From an uncultured bacterium (lineage in GTDB: Bacteria; Patescibacteriota; Minisyncoccia; Moranbacterales; GWC2-37-73), in the NCBI GenBank assembly GCA_903824515.1, contig CAIJXA010000079.1, positions 1-36,266 on the forward strand: a stretch of 36,266 nucleotides of DNA. The letters run 5' to 3'. Below, one piece after another: positions 18,331-27,005 of this stretch. The translations under genes and the position numbers were made by a program. The notes under the pieces are model-generated. The model saw only the letters and a program-made list of their open reading frames with translations. It searched no databases and was not told the DNA's origin. The stretch's first letter is position 1. Every line of letters starts with the position of its first letter.

Positions 18331-18891
18331 CTATCCGTGAACCTCAACGATTCTTCCAACAACTCCAGGCACCGAGCCAAGAACGCCAATGAGATTTTTT
18401 TCAATATTCAAATAAACAACTTTCACGTTCTTCACTGATTTCCTTTTTCCACCCATGCGTCCAGCCATTCTTTTTCCTTTGATAACATGCTGTGGTTGTT
18501 GAGCACCGATTGATCCAGGAGCTCGTAAATCATGCTTATGTCCATGCGAAGCAGGAGAACCAGCAAACCCATGACGCTTCACACCTCCCTGAAATCCCTT
18601 AGCTTTAGCGATACCACTAACTTTAACCAAATCTCCAATTGCAAAATTTTCAACGGTAACCTTATCACCAACTGCCAATGCCACTACATCTTCACTGCGA
18701 AATTCTTTCTTGTGAGTAACTTTTTTTGTCTTCTTAGTTGCAAGTTGAACAGCGCTATAGCCATCTCTCTGCGACGTTCTCACGATAGACACAGTGTTTG
18801 GCTCACATTCAATCAAGGTAATATTAAGAGCTCCCTGTTGCTGATCATACAGAGTTGTCATCCCCATTTTTTTTCCTAAAATATTTTTCAT
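18331..18891 (-). CDS. rplC: 50S ribosomal protein L3 (short form)
   Basis: ILGKKMGMT, KGFQGGVKRH, PGSIG, GKRMAGRMG; start reset to ATG 18891. Confidence 0.96.
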   Translation of the reverse strand: MKNILGKKMGMTTLYDQQQGALNITLIECEPNTVSIVRTSQRDGYSAVQLATKKTKKVTHKKEFRSEDVVALAVGDKVTVENFAIGDLVKVSGIAKAKGFQGGVKRHGFAGSPASHGHKHDLRAPGSIGAQQPQHVIKGKRMAGRMGGKRKSVKNVKVVYLNIEKNLIGVLGSVPGVVGRIVEVHG

Positions 18892-18918
18892 ATCTGTAAT
18901 TATACTTATATTTCGAAC

Positions 18919-19000
18919 AAAAAACTGGCTTCTCAGCCAGCATGGTCCGAGGAGCAATTCCTCGACTTAGCTAATTGAGTATCCAACTTTGCAGTAGGAC
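18919..19000 (-). promoter_or_regulatory. Structured rplC leader ending in an intrinsic terminator (candidate attenuator)
   Basis: Hairpins UCCUACU-GCAA-AGUUGGA, GAGGA-AUUGC-UCCUC and CUGGCU-GAGA-AGCCAG-U6. Confidence 0.6.
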
Positions 19001-19034
19001 TTTAACTAGTTTTTTTCTTTTTTCTAACTTATCT

Positions 19035-19063
19035 ATTTTAAATCAATTCTCAAATTTATGCAA
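19035..19063 (-). promoter_or_regulatory. Sigma70-like promoter upstream of rplC
   Basis: TTGCAT-17 nt-TAAAAT. Confidence 0.55.
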
Positions 19064-19067
19064 GCCC

Positions 19068-19143
19068 CGACGATATTTACCATTCAAACATACCTACTAA
19101 TTTGTGATTCGTATGGTAGCTTTCGTAGTACGCCTTTTACATG
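19068..19143 (-). repeat. Family B element, diverged copy 4 (after rpsJ)
   Basis: ttcgtatggtagctttcgtagtacgccttttacatg abutting the rpsJ stop. Confidence 0.55.
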
Positions 19144-19476
19144 CTACATCTTTATTTCGATATCTACACCAGCTGGCAAATCAAGTCCGGTCAGACTTTC
19201 AATTGTCTTTGCTGTTGGATCCCAGATATCAACTAGACGCTTGTGAATCCTCATTTCATATTGCTCACGAGCATCCTTATGCACAAAAGTTGATTTGTTA
19301 ACAGTCACCTTGTGAATTTCTGTCGGAAGAGGAACTGGGCCAGTTATCCTAGCGCCCGTTCTTTCAGCAGTTTCAACAATTTTTCGCGCTGACTGATCAA
19401 TCACCTTATTGTCATAAGCTTTGATCTTAATTCTGATTCTTGTGGATTGTCCTGATTCTATTTTTTTCGAAGCCAT
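19144..19476 (-). CDS. rpsJ: 30S ribosomal protein S10
   Basis: [27 protein letters not shown]. Confidence 0.98.
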   Translation of the reverse strand: MASKKIESGQSTRIRIKIKAYDNKVIDQSARKIVETAERTGARITGPVPLPTEIHKVTVNKSTFVHKDAREQYEMRIHKRLVDIWDPTAKTIESLTGLDLPAGVDIEIKM

Positions 19477-19569
19477 CTGGGTGGATTGAGATAAAAATTA
19501 CTATTTAAACTTTGTTCTAGGCAACACAGGTAGACATAATCGTTTATGTCTACATAGTAAACTAAAACT

Positions 19570-20763
19570 TTATTTGATGATTTTTGTTGCTACACCAGCT
19601 CCAACAGTGCGTCCTCCTTCGCGAATAGCGAACCTCATTCCTTCCTCCATAGCTACTGGCGAAATCAATTTAACTGTCAGACTAATTGTATCTCCAGGCA
19701 TAACCATTTCGGTTCCCTCTGGAAGGATAACTTCCCCAGTTACATCAGTTGTTCGAATGTAAAATTGTGGTTTGTATCCCTTGAAGAATGGAGTGTGTCG
19801 TCCACCTTCTTCTTTGGTCAAAATATAAATCTCTCCTTCAAATTCTGTGTGTGGGGTAATTGAACCGGTCTTTGCAAGAACTTGTCCGCGTTCAACATCT
19901 TCCTTTTTGATTCCTCGCAAAAGTAGTCCTGCGTTGTCTCCAGCTTGTCCACGATCAAGTGATTTGTTGAACATTTCAATTCCTGTTACCACAGTTTTCA
20001 CTGTTGGGCGAAGACCAACTATTTCAACTTCTTCATTGATGTTGATTGTTCCTCGTTCAATTCTTCCAGTTACCACTGTTCCACGACCTTCAATTGAGAA
20101 GATATCTTCAATAGGCATAAGCAATGGTTTGTCAGTATCACGAACTGGATCAGGAATTTTTGCATCAAGCGCATCCATAAGGTCATAAATTGGTTTAGCA
20201 GCGGGATCATCAATAGACGTTGCCACAAGCGCCTTAGTAGCTGAACCTCGCACAACTGCTGCGTTGTCGCCATCAAACTCATATTTTGTCAAAAGTTCAC
20301 GAATTTCAGCTTCTACCAAATCAATCAATTCTGCATCATCAACCATATCAACCTTATTGATGAAAACTACGATTGCTGGCACTCCAACTTGCTTGGCAAG
20401 AAGAATGTGTTCGCGAGTCTGAGGCATAGGGCCATCAGTAGCACTTACCACGATAATAGATCCATCCATTTGAGCTGCACCAGTAATCATATTTTTGATA
20501 TAATCAGCATGACCTGGACAATCAACATGAGCGTAGTGACGAGCCTGGGTTTCATATTCACAATGTGAAGTTGCAATGGTGATTCCTCGTTCTCTTTCTT
20601 CTGGAGCATTGTCAATTTCATTTACACCTCTTTCTTTTGCAAAACCTTTCAAAGATTGGCAATGCAAAATAGCCGCGGTCAAAGTTGTCTTGCCGTGGTC
20701 AACGTGTCCAATTGTTCCAACGTTTACATGTGGTTTTGTGCGCTCAAATTTTGCTACTGCCAT
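19570..20763 (-). CDS. tuf: Elongation factor Tu
   Basis: [31 protein letters not shown]. Confidence 0.99.
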   Translation of the reverse strand: MAVAKFERTKPHVNVGTIGHVDHGKTTLTAAILHCQSLKGFAKERGVNEIDNAPEERERGITIATSHCEYETQARHYAHVDCPGHADYIKNMITGAAQMDGSIIVVSATDGPMPQTREHILLAKQVGVPAIVVFINKVDMVDDAELIDLVEAEIRELLTKYEFDGDNAAVVRGSATKALVATSIDDPAAKPIYDLMDALDAKIPDPVRDTDKPLLMPIEDIFSIEGRGTVVTGRIERGTININEEVEIVGLRPTVKTVVTGIEMFNKSLDRGQAGDNAGLLLRGIKKEDVERGQVLAKTGSITPHTEFEGEIYILTKEEGGRHTPFFKGYKPQFYIRTTDVTGEVILPEGTEMVMPGDTISLTVKLISPVAMEEGMRFAIREGGRTVGAGVATKIIK

Positions 20764-20907
20764 ATTAATTTTTTCGCCTCTGCTTGGGGCTATTTTTGTC
20801 CCAAAACTGGCTGATACTTAAAGATTGTTTATTAATAAAAATTTTAACACGATATTCCAAAAAAAGCAATTAAAAAATTCCTTTCAAGGAAAATCGAATA
20901 CTTGTTT

Positions 20908-20935
20908 ATTCTACACGATAAATAAATCCTGTCAA
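20908..20935 (-). promoter_or_regulatory. tuf promoter
   Basis: TTGACA-16 nt-TAGAAT. Confidence 0.65.
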
Positions 20936-20945
20936 GAGCCGTGAA

Positions 20946-20980
20946 TTAGCTTCTTAGTCATTAGCTTCTTAGCTTTTAGA
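20946..20980. repeat. Family E arm downstream of the methyltransferase
   Basis: ttagcttcttag x2; reverse complement at 21970-21981. Confidence 0.7.
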
Positions 20981-21120
20981 TTTGGCTTAAATAAGGGATT
21001 TATTTGATTTTTTCCTCACACAACCATTCTATGCAAAAATTCTTACCCTTAAGGGTTATTTCAAGCAATTTTATCTAAATTCATAATCTAGATAATATTT
21101 TTAAAAAATTGTGAGTTTTT

Positions 21121-21864
21121 TCAAAAATCTTTCGGGGTAAATGGGAGGCGGATTATTTTTGGCAAACTCTCATTTTTGACATCGGCTGACTTACGCATGC
21201 AAAAAATGAATTTCCCTGAAAACAAATTTGGCCAGAGGTTAAGCAGGGCAGCTCGCAAAAATGTTGGAGTAAGGCGCGTTGGAATCAAGCCCCCACCCAT
21301 AAAATTCAATTGCAATTGCTCAACCTGCCAATTGAACGATTGAAACATTTCTCCAAGATCTTTCAGACTAAAGAAACGAACATGTGAATAATCCCAGGAT
21401 TTCTGACCATACTGCACATTGTCCCAATGAACAATGCCTTTTCCAAAAAACATTCGCAGACGCTGCCTAAGATCAAAATGATTCGGCACCCCAAAAATTA
21501 GCAGGCCACCACTTTTCAAAACCAGTTCAGATTGCTTCAGGATATGCGTCGGGTTATAAAGATGTTCAGCAACATCAGTGCAAATGACCATATCGAAATA
21601 ATCTGGTGCTACCTTCCAAACCAGGGAGAGGTCTTGCTGAATATGGGTGTAACTATCCTTTTTTTCACTGGCAATTTGAGCATCGATTCCAACAACTTCA
21701 TGTCTAAGACCTACAAGATATTCGGCTAGCTTGCCATTTCCACATCCCACATCTAAGATCCTCAATTTTTCACCTTTTTTGAAATCATAAAAACGCCTAA
21801 TTTTTTCATAGGCGCTTTTTCCTGAAAAGGTGGCTCTATTTTCGTGAAACTGCATTTCATTCAT
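21121..21864 (-). CDS. Class I SAM-dependent methyltransferase, between fusA and tuf
   Basis: ILDVGCGNG motif I, FDMVICTDVAEH, LKSGGLLIFGVPN; ATG at 21864. Confidence 0.88.
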   Translation of the reverse strand: MNEMQFHENRATFSGKSAYEKIRRFYDFKKGEKLRILDVGCGNGKLAEYLVGLRHEVVGIDAQIASEKKDSYTHIQQDLSLVWKVAPDYFDMVICTDVAEHLYNPTHILKQSELVLKSGGLLIFGVPNHFDLRQRLRMFFGKGIVHWDNVQYGQKSWDYSHVRFFSLKDLGEMFQSFNWQVEQLQLNFMGGGLIPTRLTPTFLRAALLNLWPNLFSGKFIFCMRKSADVKNESLPKIIRLPFTPKDF

Positions 21865-21903
21865 ATGTTGCAATTATACAAAGTTCCCAAAAATAACACA
21901 ACT

Positions 21904-21932
21904 AAAAAGCAGCCTCTCTCGAGGCTGCTTTT
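21904..21932 (-). terminator. Intrinsic (bidirectional-type) terminator after fusA
   Basis: aaaaagcagcctc-tctc-gaggctgctttt. Confidence 0.8.
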
Positions 21933-21952
21933 AAAAAAGTGCATTTGAATTT

Positions 21953-21987
21953 CGTATTTTCCTGAGAAACTAAGAAGCTAACGCCTG
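21953..21987. repeat. Family E arm between fusA and the methyltransferase
   Basis: cgtattttcctgagaaactaagaagctaacgcct; homologous to both arms of 8828-8898. Confidence 0.7.
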
Positions 21988-21999
21988 GTAAGTTGCCCC

Positions 22000-24084
22000 T
22001 TATTTCTTGGCGATAATCGCTTCAGCCACATTTTTTGGAACTTCACTATAGTGACCAAATTCCATCACAGAACTGGCGCGTCCCTGGGTCATGCTGCGAA
22101 GTTGGGTAACATAACCAAACATGCTAGCTAAAGGCACATCAGCTTCAATTTCTTTCACGCGCGCATTCCCCTCTCCACGATCATTGATTTCCTTGATCAT
22201 TCCACGACGAGAATTAATGTCTCCCACAACGTCTCCCATGAATTGTTCAGGACAAGTCACCACCACTTTCATAATAGGTTCCAGAATGATAGGGTCAGCG
22301 CGTTTAACCGCTTCTTGCACAGCCATTGATCCGGCAATTTTAAAAGCAGATTCATTAGAGTCAACTTCATGATATGATCCGTCGTACAAAGTTACCATTA
22401 CATCAACCATTGGATATCCAGCCAGCACCCCATTTTCCAAAGCCTCTTTGGCTCCCATATTGATTGGCTTGATATATTCCTGAGGAATAACTCCACCTTT
22501 AATTTCATCAAAAAATTCATAGCCCTTGCCTTTTTCTTCTTGAGGCTTAACCCTGAGCCAGCAATGTCCATATTGTCCGCGTCCTCCAGATTGTTTAATG
22601 TATTTTCCTTCAGCTTGAGCCTGCCCCTTGATTGTTTCGCGATAAGCAACTTGAGGTTGACCAATGTTTGCCTCAACTCCAAATTCTCGTTTCATGCGAT
22701 CAATAATAATATCAAGATGAAGTTCGCCCATTCCGGAAATGATTGTTTGTCCACTTTCTTCATCTGTTCGAAGACGAAGCGTTGGATCTTCTCCAGCCAA
22801 TTTACGAAGAGCAAGTCCCATTTTTTCTTGGTCAGCCTTCGTTTTTGGTTCCACAGCAATGTCAATCACAGGTTCAGGAAAAACAATATTTTCCAATTGA
22901 ATTTGTCTGGTCTCATCACAGAGCGTGTCTCCAGTTGTGGTGTTTTTAAGACCAACTAGGGCGCCAATGCCGCCAGCTTTGATTTCATCAATTTCCTCTC
23001 GATGATTGGCATGCATCTGCAAAATTCGTCCAATTCTTTCTTTTTGACCATTAGTTGCATTGATCACATATGAACCAGCTTTTAATGTTCCAGAGTAAAC
23101 CCGGAAGAATGTTAATTGGCCCACAAATGGGTCAGTCGCAACCTTGAAAGCCAAAGCCGCAAACGGTTCACTGTCATCAGCCTTACGTGTAATTTCCTCC
23201 CCATTTTTTGGATTGATTCCAGATACTGGAGGAATATCCAATGGAGATGGGAGATAATCAACCACAGCGTCCAAAACCAATTGCACGCCCTTGTTGCGAA
23301 GCGCTGTTCCAGTAAAAACCGGCACAAGCTTGGCAGCAATCACGCCTGCTCTGAGAGCTGCTTTGAGTTCCTCTGTTGAAATTTCTTCACCGTTTAGATA
23401 TTTTTCAGTTAGTGCGTCATTAGTTTCAGAAATTTTCTCAACCATTTTTTCTCTCCACTCCTTAGCCTTTTCAACAAGCTCAGCAGGAATCTCATTTTCC
23501 ACAACTTTAATACCCATTTCACCTTCAAAGCTATAAGCTTTCATTTTCATCAAATCAACCACGCCTGAAAATTCGCTGCGTTCCCCAATTGGAATTTGAA
23601 GTGCCAAGGCGTTTGGAGTCAAACGATTCCAAATAGAACCAAGCACGAAATTAAAATCAGCACCCTCCTTGTCAATCTTATTCACGAAGCAAATGCGAGG
23701 CACATGATACTTGTCAGCTTGTCGCCAAACAGTTTCTGATTGCGGCTCAACTCCTTCTTTTCCATCAAAAATAACCACAGCGCCATCAAGCACGCGCAAG
23801 GAGCGCTCAACCTCAACCGTAAAGTCCACATGACCAGGAGTGTCAATGATATTGATCGGGTGACCTTTCCAGCTGCATTTCGTGGCAGCGGAAGTGATTG
23901 TGATTCCCCGTTCCTGTTCTTGTTCCATCCAGTCCATGGTAGCAGCGCCTTCATGAACTTCTCCAATCTTGTGAGTGATTCCAGTGTAAAACAGAATACG
24001 CTCAGTGGTTGTGGTTTTTCCACCATCAATGTGAGCAATAATGCCGATGTTTCTTAATTTTGCAATGTCATTTTCTGTGGACAT
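22000..24084 (-). CDS. fusA: Elongation factor G
   Basis: [42 protein letters not shown]. Confidence 0.99.
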   Translation of the reverse strand: MSTENDIAKLRNIGIIAHIDGGKTTTTERILFYTGITHKIGEVHEGAATMDWMEQEQERGITITSAATKCSWKGHPINIIDTPGHVDFTVEVERSLRVLDGAVVIFDGKEGVEPQSETVWRQADKYHVPRICFVNKIDKEGADFNFVLGSIWNRLTPNALALQIPIGERSEFSGVVDLMKMKAYSFEGEMGIKVVENEIPAELVEKAKEWREKMVEKISETNDALTEKYLNGEEISTEELKAALRAGVIAAKLVPVFTGTALRNKGVQLVLDAVVDYLPSPLDIPPVSGINPKNGEEITRKADDSEPFAALAFKVATDPFVGQLTFFRVYSGTLKAGSYVINATNGQKERIGRILQMHANHREEIDEIKAGGIGALVGLKNTTTGDTLCDETRQIQLENIVFPEPVIDIAVEPKTKADQEKMGLALRKLAGEDPTLRLRTDEESGQTIISGMGELHLDIIIDRMKREFGVEANIGQPQVAYRETIKGQAQAEGKYIKQSGGRGQYGHCWLRVKPQEEKGKGYEFFDEIKGGVIPQEYIKPINMGAKEALENGVLAGYPMVDVMVTLYDGSYHEVDSNESAFKIAGSMAVQEAVKRADPIILEPIMKVVVTCPEQFMGDVVGDINSRRGMIKEINDRGEGNARVKEIEADVPLASMFGYVTQLRSMTQGRASSVMEFGHYSEVPKNVAEAIIAKK

Positions 24085-24092
24085 AAAAAATT

Positions 24093-24204
24093 AATTTCTA
24101 ATTTCTAATTTCTAATTTCTAATCAAATTCCAATATTCCAATGTTCAAAACATGCAGGAATTCAAAATTTATTCAAAATTCAAAATTCAAAATTCAAAAT
24201 TTTA
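24093..24204. repeat. Family C heptamer hairpin, rpsG-fusA spacer
   Basis: (aatttct)x4...(ttcaaaa)x4. Confidence 0.8.
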
Positions 24205-24273
24205 ATATTATTTTTTTTGATTATAAAACAAAGATAGAAACCCCAAACTAGCAGGAGTTTCTATCGCAAGAAT

Positions 24274-24741
24274 CTATGCAAAGTGAGCAAAGGCTTTGTT
24301 TGCTTCAGCCATTCGATGAGTGTCGTCTCTTTTCTTCATTGCGCTTCCAACCTTGTTTGAGGCATCAATGAATTCATCTGCCATTTTTTCAGCCATTTTC
24401 TTGCCCTTCTTTGCTCTGCAAGCTGCCAGGATCCAACGCACTGCCAAAGTCTGACGGCGTTCTCCAGAAACTTGAATCGGAACTTGATAGTTTGCGCCGC
24501 CAACTCTTTTTGATTTCAATTCCAAAAGAGGAGAAACATTTTTGATTGCTTGTTCAAAAACATTCAGACCGCCTTTTTTGGTGCGTTCATGAATAATATC
24601 AAATGATTCATAGATAACTTTTTCGGCAATACTTCGTTTGCCGTCTTGCAAAATTTTTCCAATAAAACGACCCACCAAAACATTTCCATATCTCGAGTCA
24701 GCCTTCCATTGTTTCTTATATACTCTTTTTCTTCGTGCCAT
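24274..24741 (-). CDS. rpsG: 30S ribosomal protein S7
   Basis: RVGGANYQVP, HRMAEANKAFAHF. Confidence 0.98.
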   Translation of the reverse strand: MARRKRVYKKQWKADSRYGNVLVGRFIGKILQDGKRSIAEKVIYESFDIIHERTKKGGLNVFEQAIKNVSPLLELKSKRVGGANYQVPIQVSGERRQTLAVRWILAACRAKKGKKMAEKMADEFIDASNKVGSAMKKRDDTHRMAEANKAFAHFA

Positions 24742-24750
24742 ATTTTCCTT

Positions 24751-24866
24751 AATTTCTAATTTCTAATTTCTAATTTCTAAATAATTTCTAATGCTTTAAT
24801 TTCAAAATTGAAAATTTAAACATTTTAAAATTGATTGAAAATTGAAAATTGAAAATTGAAAATTTT
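24751..24866. repeat. Family C heptamer hairpin, rpsL-rpsG spacer
   Basis: (aatttct)x4...(ttgaaaa)x4. Confidence 0.85.
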
Positions 24867-24929
24867 AAGCCCTAATCTTTAATTATAATCTTATTTAATT
24901 CAAATAATTCTCTTAAATCTGCGACAGAA

Positions 24930-25352
24930 CTACTCGGTCTTAGCTTTTGGTCTCTTAGCTCCGTATTTGCTGCGGCCTTGGTTTCGTTTGTCAACGCCGG
25001 CGCTGTCCAAAACTCCACGCACAATGTGATAGCGCACACCTGGAAGATCTTTCACTCTTCCTCCGCGAATCATCACGATTGAATGCTCTTGCAAGTTATG
25101 TCCAACTCCCGGGATATAGGCAGTGACTTCCATACCATTGGTCAAACGAACACGAGCGATTTTTCGCAGCGCTGAGTTCGGTTTCTTTGGCGTGGTAGTG
25201 CTGACTTTGATGCAAACTCCACGCTTAAACGGACTGGCCGTTTGTTTCGGTCGATTTTGCAAGGTGTTGAAAATTGTCATCATTGCAGGTGACTTTGATT
25301 TTTTGGTTGACGATGTGCGTCCTCTCTTCACTAGCTGATTTATTGTTGGCAT
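24930..25352 (-). CDS. rpsL: 30S ribosomal protein S12
   Basis: [27 protein letters not shown]. Confidence 0.99.
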   Translation of the reverse strand: MPTINQLVKRGRTSSTKKSKSPAMMTIFNTLQNRPKQTASPFKRGVCIKVSTTTPKKPNSALRKIARVRLTNGMEVTAYIPGVGHNLQEHSIVMIRGGRVKDLPGVRYHIVRGVLDSAGVDKRNQGRSKYGAKRPKAKTE

Positions 25353-25367
25353 ATTACGCTTCGCTTT

Positions 25368-25440
25368 AATTTCTAATTTCTAATTTCTAATTTCTAATCA
25401 ATTTTCAATGATTAAATTTCAAAAACCAAAATTGAAAAAT
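25368..25440. repeat. Family C heptamer element in the rpsL 5' leader
   Basis: (aatttct)x4 aatcaattttcaatg...aaattgaaaa. Confidence 0.75.
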
Positions 25441-25560
25441 ATAAGTTCATTTTTAAATTAAGCATAGCCTGCTGGAAATCCGTCCAGAACGAAACGGACC
25501 TCAATTGACTACTTTCTAAAACAAAACAGCCAAAAAATTGGCTACTTGACTAACAAAAGT

Positions 25561-25589
25561 AGTTTACCTAACTTTTGCAAATATGTCAA
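25561..25589 (-). promoter_or_regulatory. str operon (rpsL) promoter
   Basis: TTGACA-17 nt-TAAACT. Confidence 0.7.
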
Positions 25590-25683
25590 ACGAAGTGCTT
25601 GTTAATTAATACTTAATTTGTAATCACACTATGATTGCAAGTTACTATTATATTTGAAAAGAGATAATAAGCGAAAAAATGAT

Positions 25684-26388
25684 TTAAATAGTAATCCCAA
25701 AAAACAAACTTAACATAGTGTTCAGGAAGACTCCAAGTGGAGTTGAAAAAATGAAAACAAAAAGCAAAAGTAACATAAAGCCATATTGCTCAAGCATAAT
25801 CATGGTTTCCATTTTGACTGGAAAGAATGTGAACAAAATTTTTGAGCCGTCCAAAGGTGGAAAAGGAATTAAATTGAAAAAAGCCAATAGCACATTCCAG
25901 AAAATTACAATCACCATTAGGGTAAAAATGATAGCACCGATTGAACCAGCCACAAAAGTTGAGAGCTGAGTCCAATTGCCACTTGCAACACTAATAATAA
26001 TATCGCCCTTGATTGCCGCTGGCAAAGTTATCATTTTTCCAGCAATTGCAGCCACAAGTGCCAAAGCGATATTTGAACCAGGTCCACCAAGTGCGACCAA
26101 CATTGGACCCCATTTCTGATCTTTCAAATTAAAGGGATTATACGGCACCGGCTTGGCCCAGCCAAAGGCATAACGAAAACCGGAAGTTGCCAGCATAATC
26201 AAGGGTACCATAATCGAACCGACCGGATCAATATGATTGAGCGGATTAAAATTGAGTCTATCAGCGTATTTTGCAGTCGAATCGCCAAGCCAAAGAGCTA
26301 CGTACCCATGCATGACTTCGTGGATAATGATTGAATAAATCAAAATAACAATATAGAAAGCAATCAAAACGATTGAATTTAGGTCCAT
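25684..26388 (-). CDS. Site-2 protease family (M50) membrane metalloprotease
   Basis: HEVMH, NPLNHID, FGWAKPVP, NLIPFPPLDG; start reset to ATG 26388. Confidence 0.92.
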   Translation of the reverse strand: MDLNSIVLIAFYIVILIYSIIIHEVMHGYVALWLGDSTAKYADRLNFNPLNHIDPVGSIMVPLIMLATSGFRYAFGWAKPVPYNPFNLKDQKWGPMLVALGGPGSNIALALVAAIAGKMITLPAAIKGDIIISVASGNWTQLSTFVAGSIGAIIFTLMVIVIFWNVLLAFFNLIPFPPLDGSKILFTFFPVKMETMIMLEQYGFMLLLLFVFIFSTPLGVFLNTMLSLFFGITI

Positions 26389-26454
26389 AAGGTATATCTT
26401 ATATGTTTTCCATGGAATATTTCCCACAGAACCCACAAATCTACAAATTAGCTA

Positions 26455-26475
26455 CCTTGCCTACCGGCAGGCAGG
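26455..26475. repeat. 21-bp GC-rich palindrome interrupting an acaaatct repeat
   Basis: ccttgcctaccggcaggcagg between acaaatctacaaat and caaatctacaaat. Confidence 0.65.
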
Positions 26476-26510
26476 CAAATCTACAAATAAAATGCAGCCT
26501 GCTTAATGAA

Positions 26511-26558
26511 TTAACAATTTAACAATATAGCAATATAACAATATAGCAATTTAACAAT
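26511..26558. repeat. 8-mer tandem repeat (taacaat[at]) x6
   Basis: taacaatt taacaata tagcaata taacaata tagcaatt taacaat. Confidence 0.8.
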
Positions 26559-26573
26559 TCCCCCTTTCAGGGG

Positions 26574-26602
26574 TTGTCAAAACTCAATAGCTATGATACA
26601 GT
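26574..26602 (+). promoter_or_regulatory. rpmB promoter
   Basis: TTGTCA-17 nt-TACAGT with TGn extension. Confidence 0.5.
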
Positions 26603-26627
26603 AAACCTTGTAATAAATCAACATCAT

Positions 26628-26720
26628 CATAGAACACGTAGCATAAAACACGAAGCATATTTTTCTTAGAACATAAGGAGATTGATTTCTTGTTTCATGT
26701 TTCATGTTCCATGCTTCATA
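26628..26720. repeat. Family D heptamer hairpin in the rpmB leader
   Basis: catagaacacgtagcataaaacacgaagca...tgtttcatgtttcatgttccatgcttcat. Confidence 0.75.
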
Positions 26721-26723
26721 ACT

Positions 26724-26891
26724 ATGAGTAAAGTATGCAGCGTTTGCGGTCGCGGAACAACAGCTGGAAATTCCCGAAGCCATTCAAACATCGCCTCTAA
26801 AAGAAAGTTTTCAATCAATATTCAATCAAAGAAGATTGATGGAAAGAAAGCCAAGATTTGCACCAAGTGTATGAAGACTGAGAGCAAATAA
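26724..26891 (+). CDS. rpmB: 50S ribosomal protein L28 (Zn-ribbon form)
   Basis: MSKVCSVCGRG..GNSRSHS..SKRKF..NIQ..CTKC; start reset to ATG 26724. Confidence 0.92.
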   Translation: MSKVCSVCGRGTTAGNSRSHSNIASKRKFSINIQSKKIDGKKAKICTKCMKTESK

Positions 26892-26950
26892 GGATTCCGC
26901 AACTTGCTATCCTTGCGAGATAAAAAGCTTTTTTCCAAGCAATAGTTTCA

Positions 26951-26985
26951 AAAAAATCCTCACCGTAATGGTTGAGGACTTTTTT
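26951..26985. terminator. Bidirectional terminator between rpmB and the ABC gene
   Basis: aaaaaatcctcacc-gtaat-ggttgaggactttttt between convergent genes. Confidence 0.7.
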
Positions 26986-27005
26986 AATGCGTAAAAAAAT
27001 ATTCA

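Noticed and set aside
19530-19553. Perfect 10-bp hairpin gtagacataa/ttatgtctac after tuf as a terminator
   Set aside because: No U-tract on the mRNA strand and rpsJ follows closely; more likely a stability or processing hairpin
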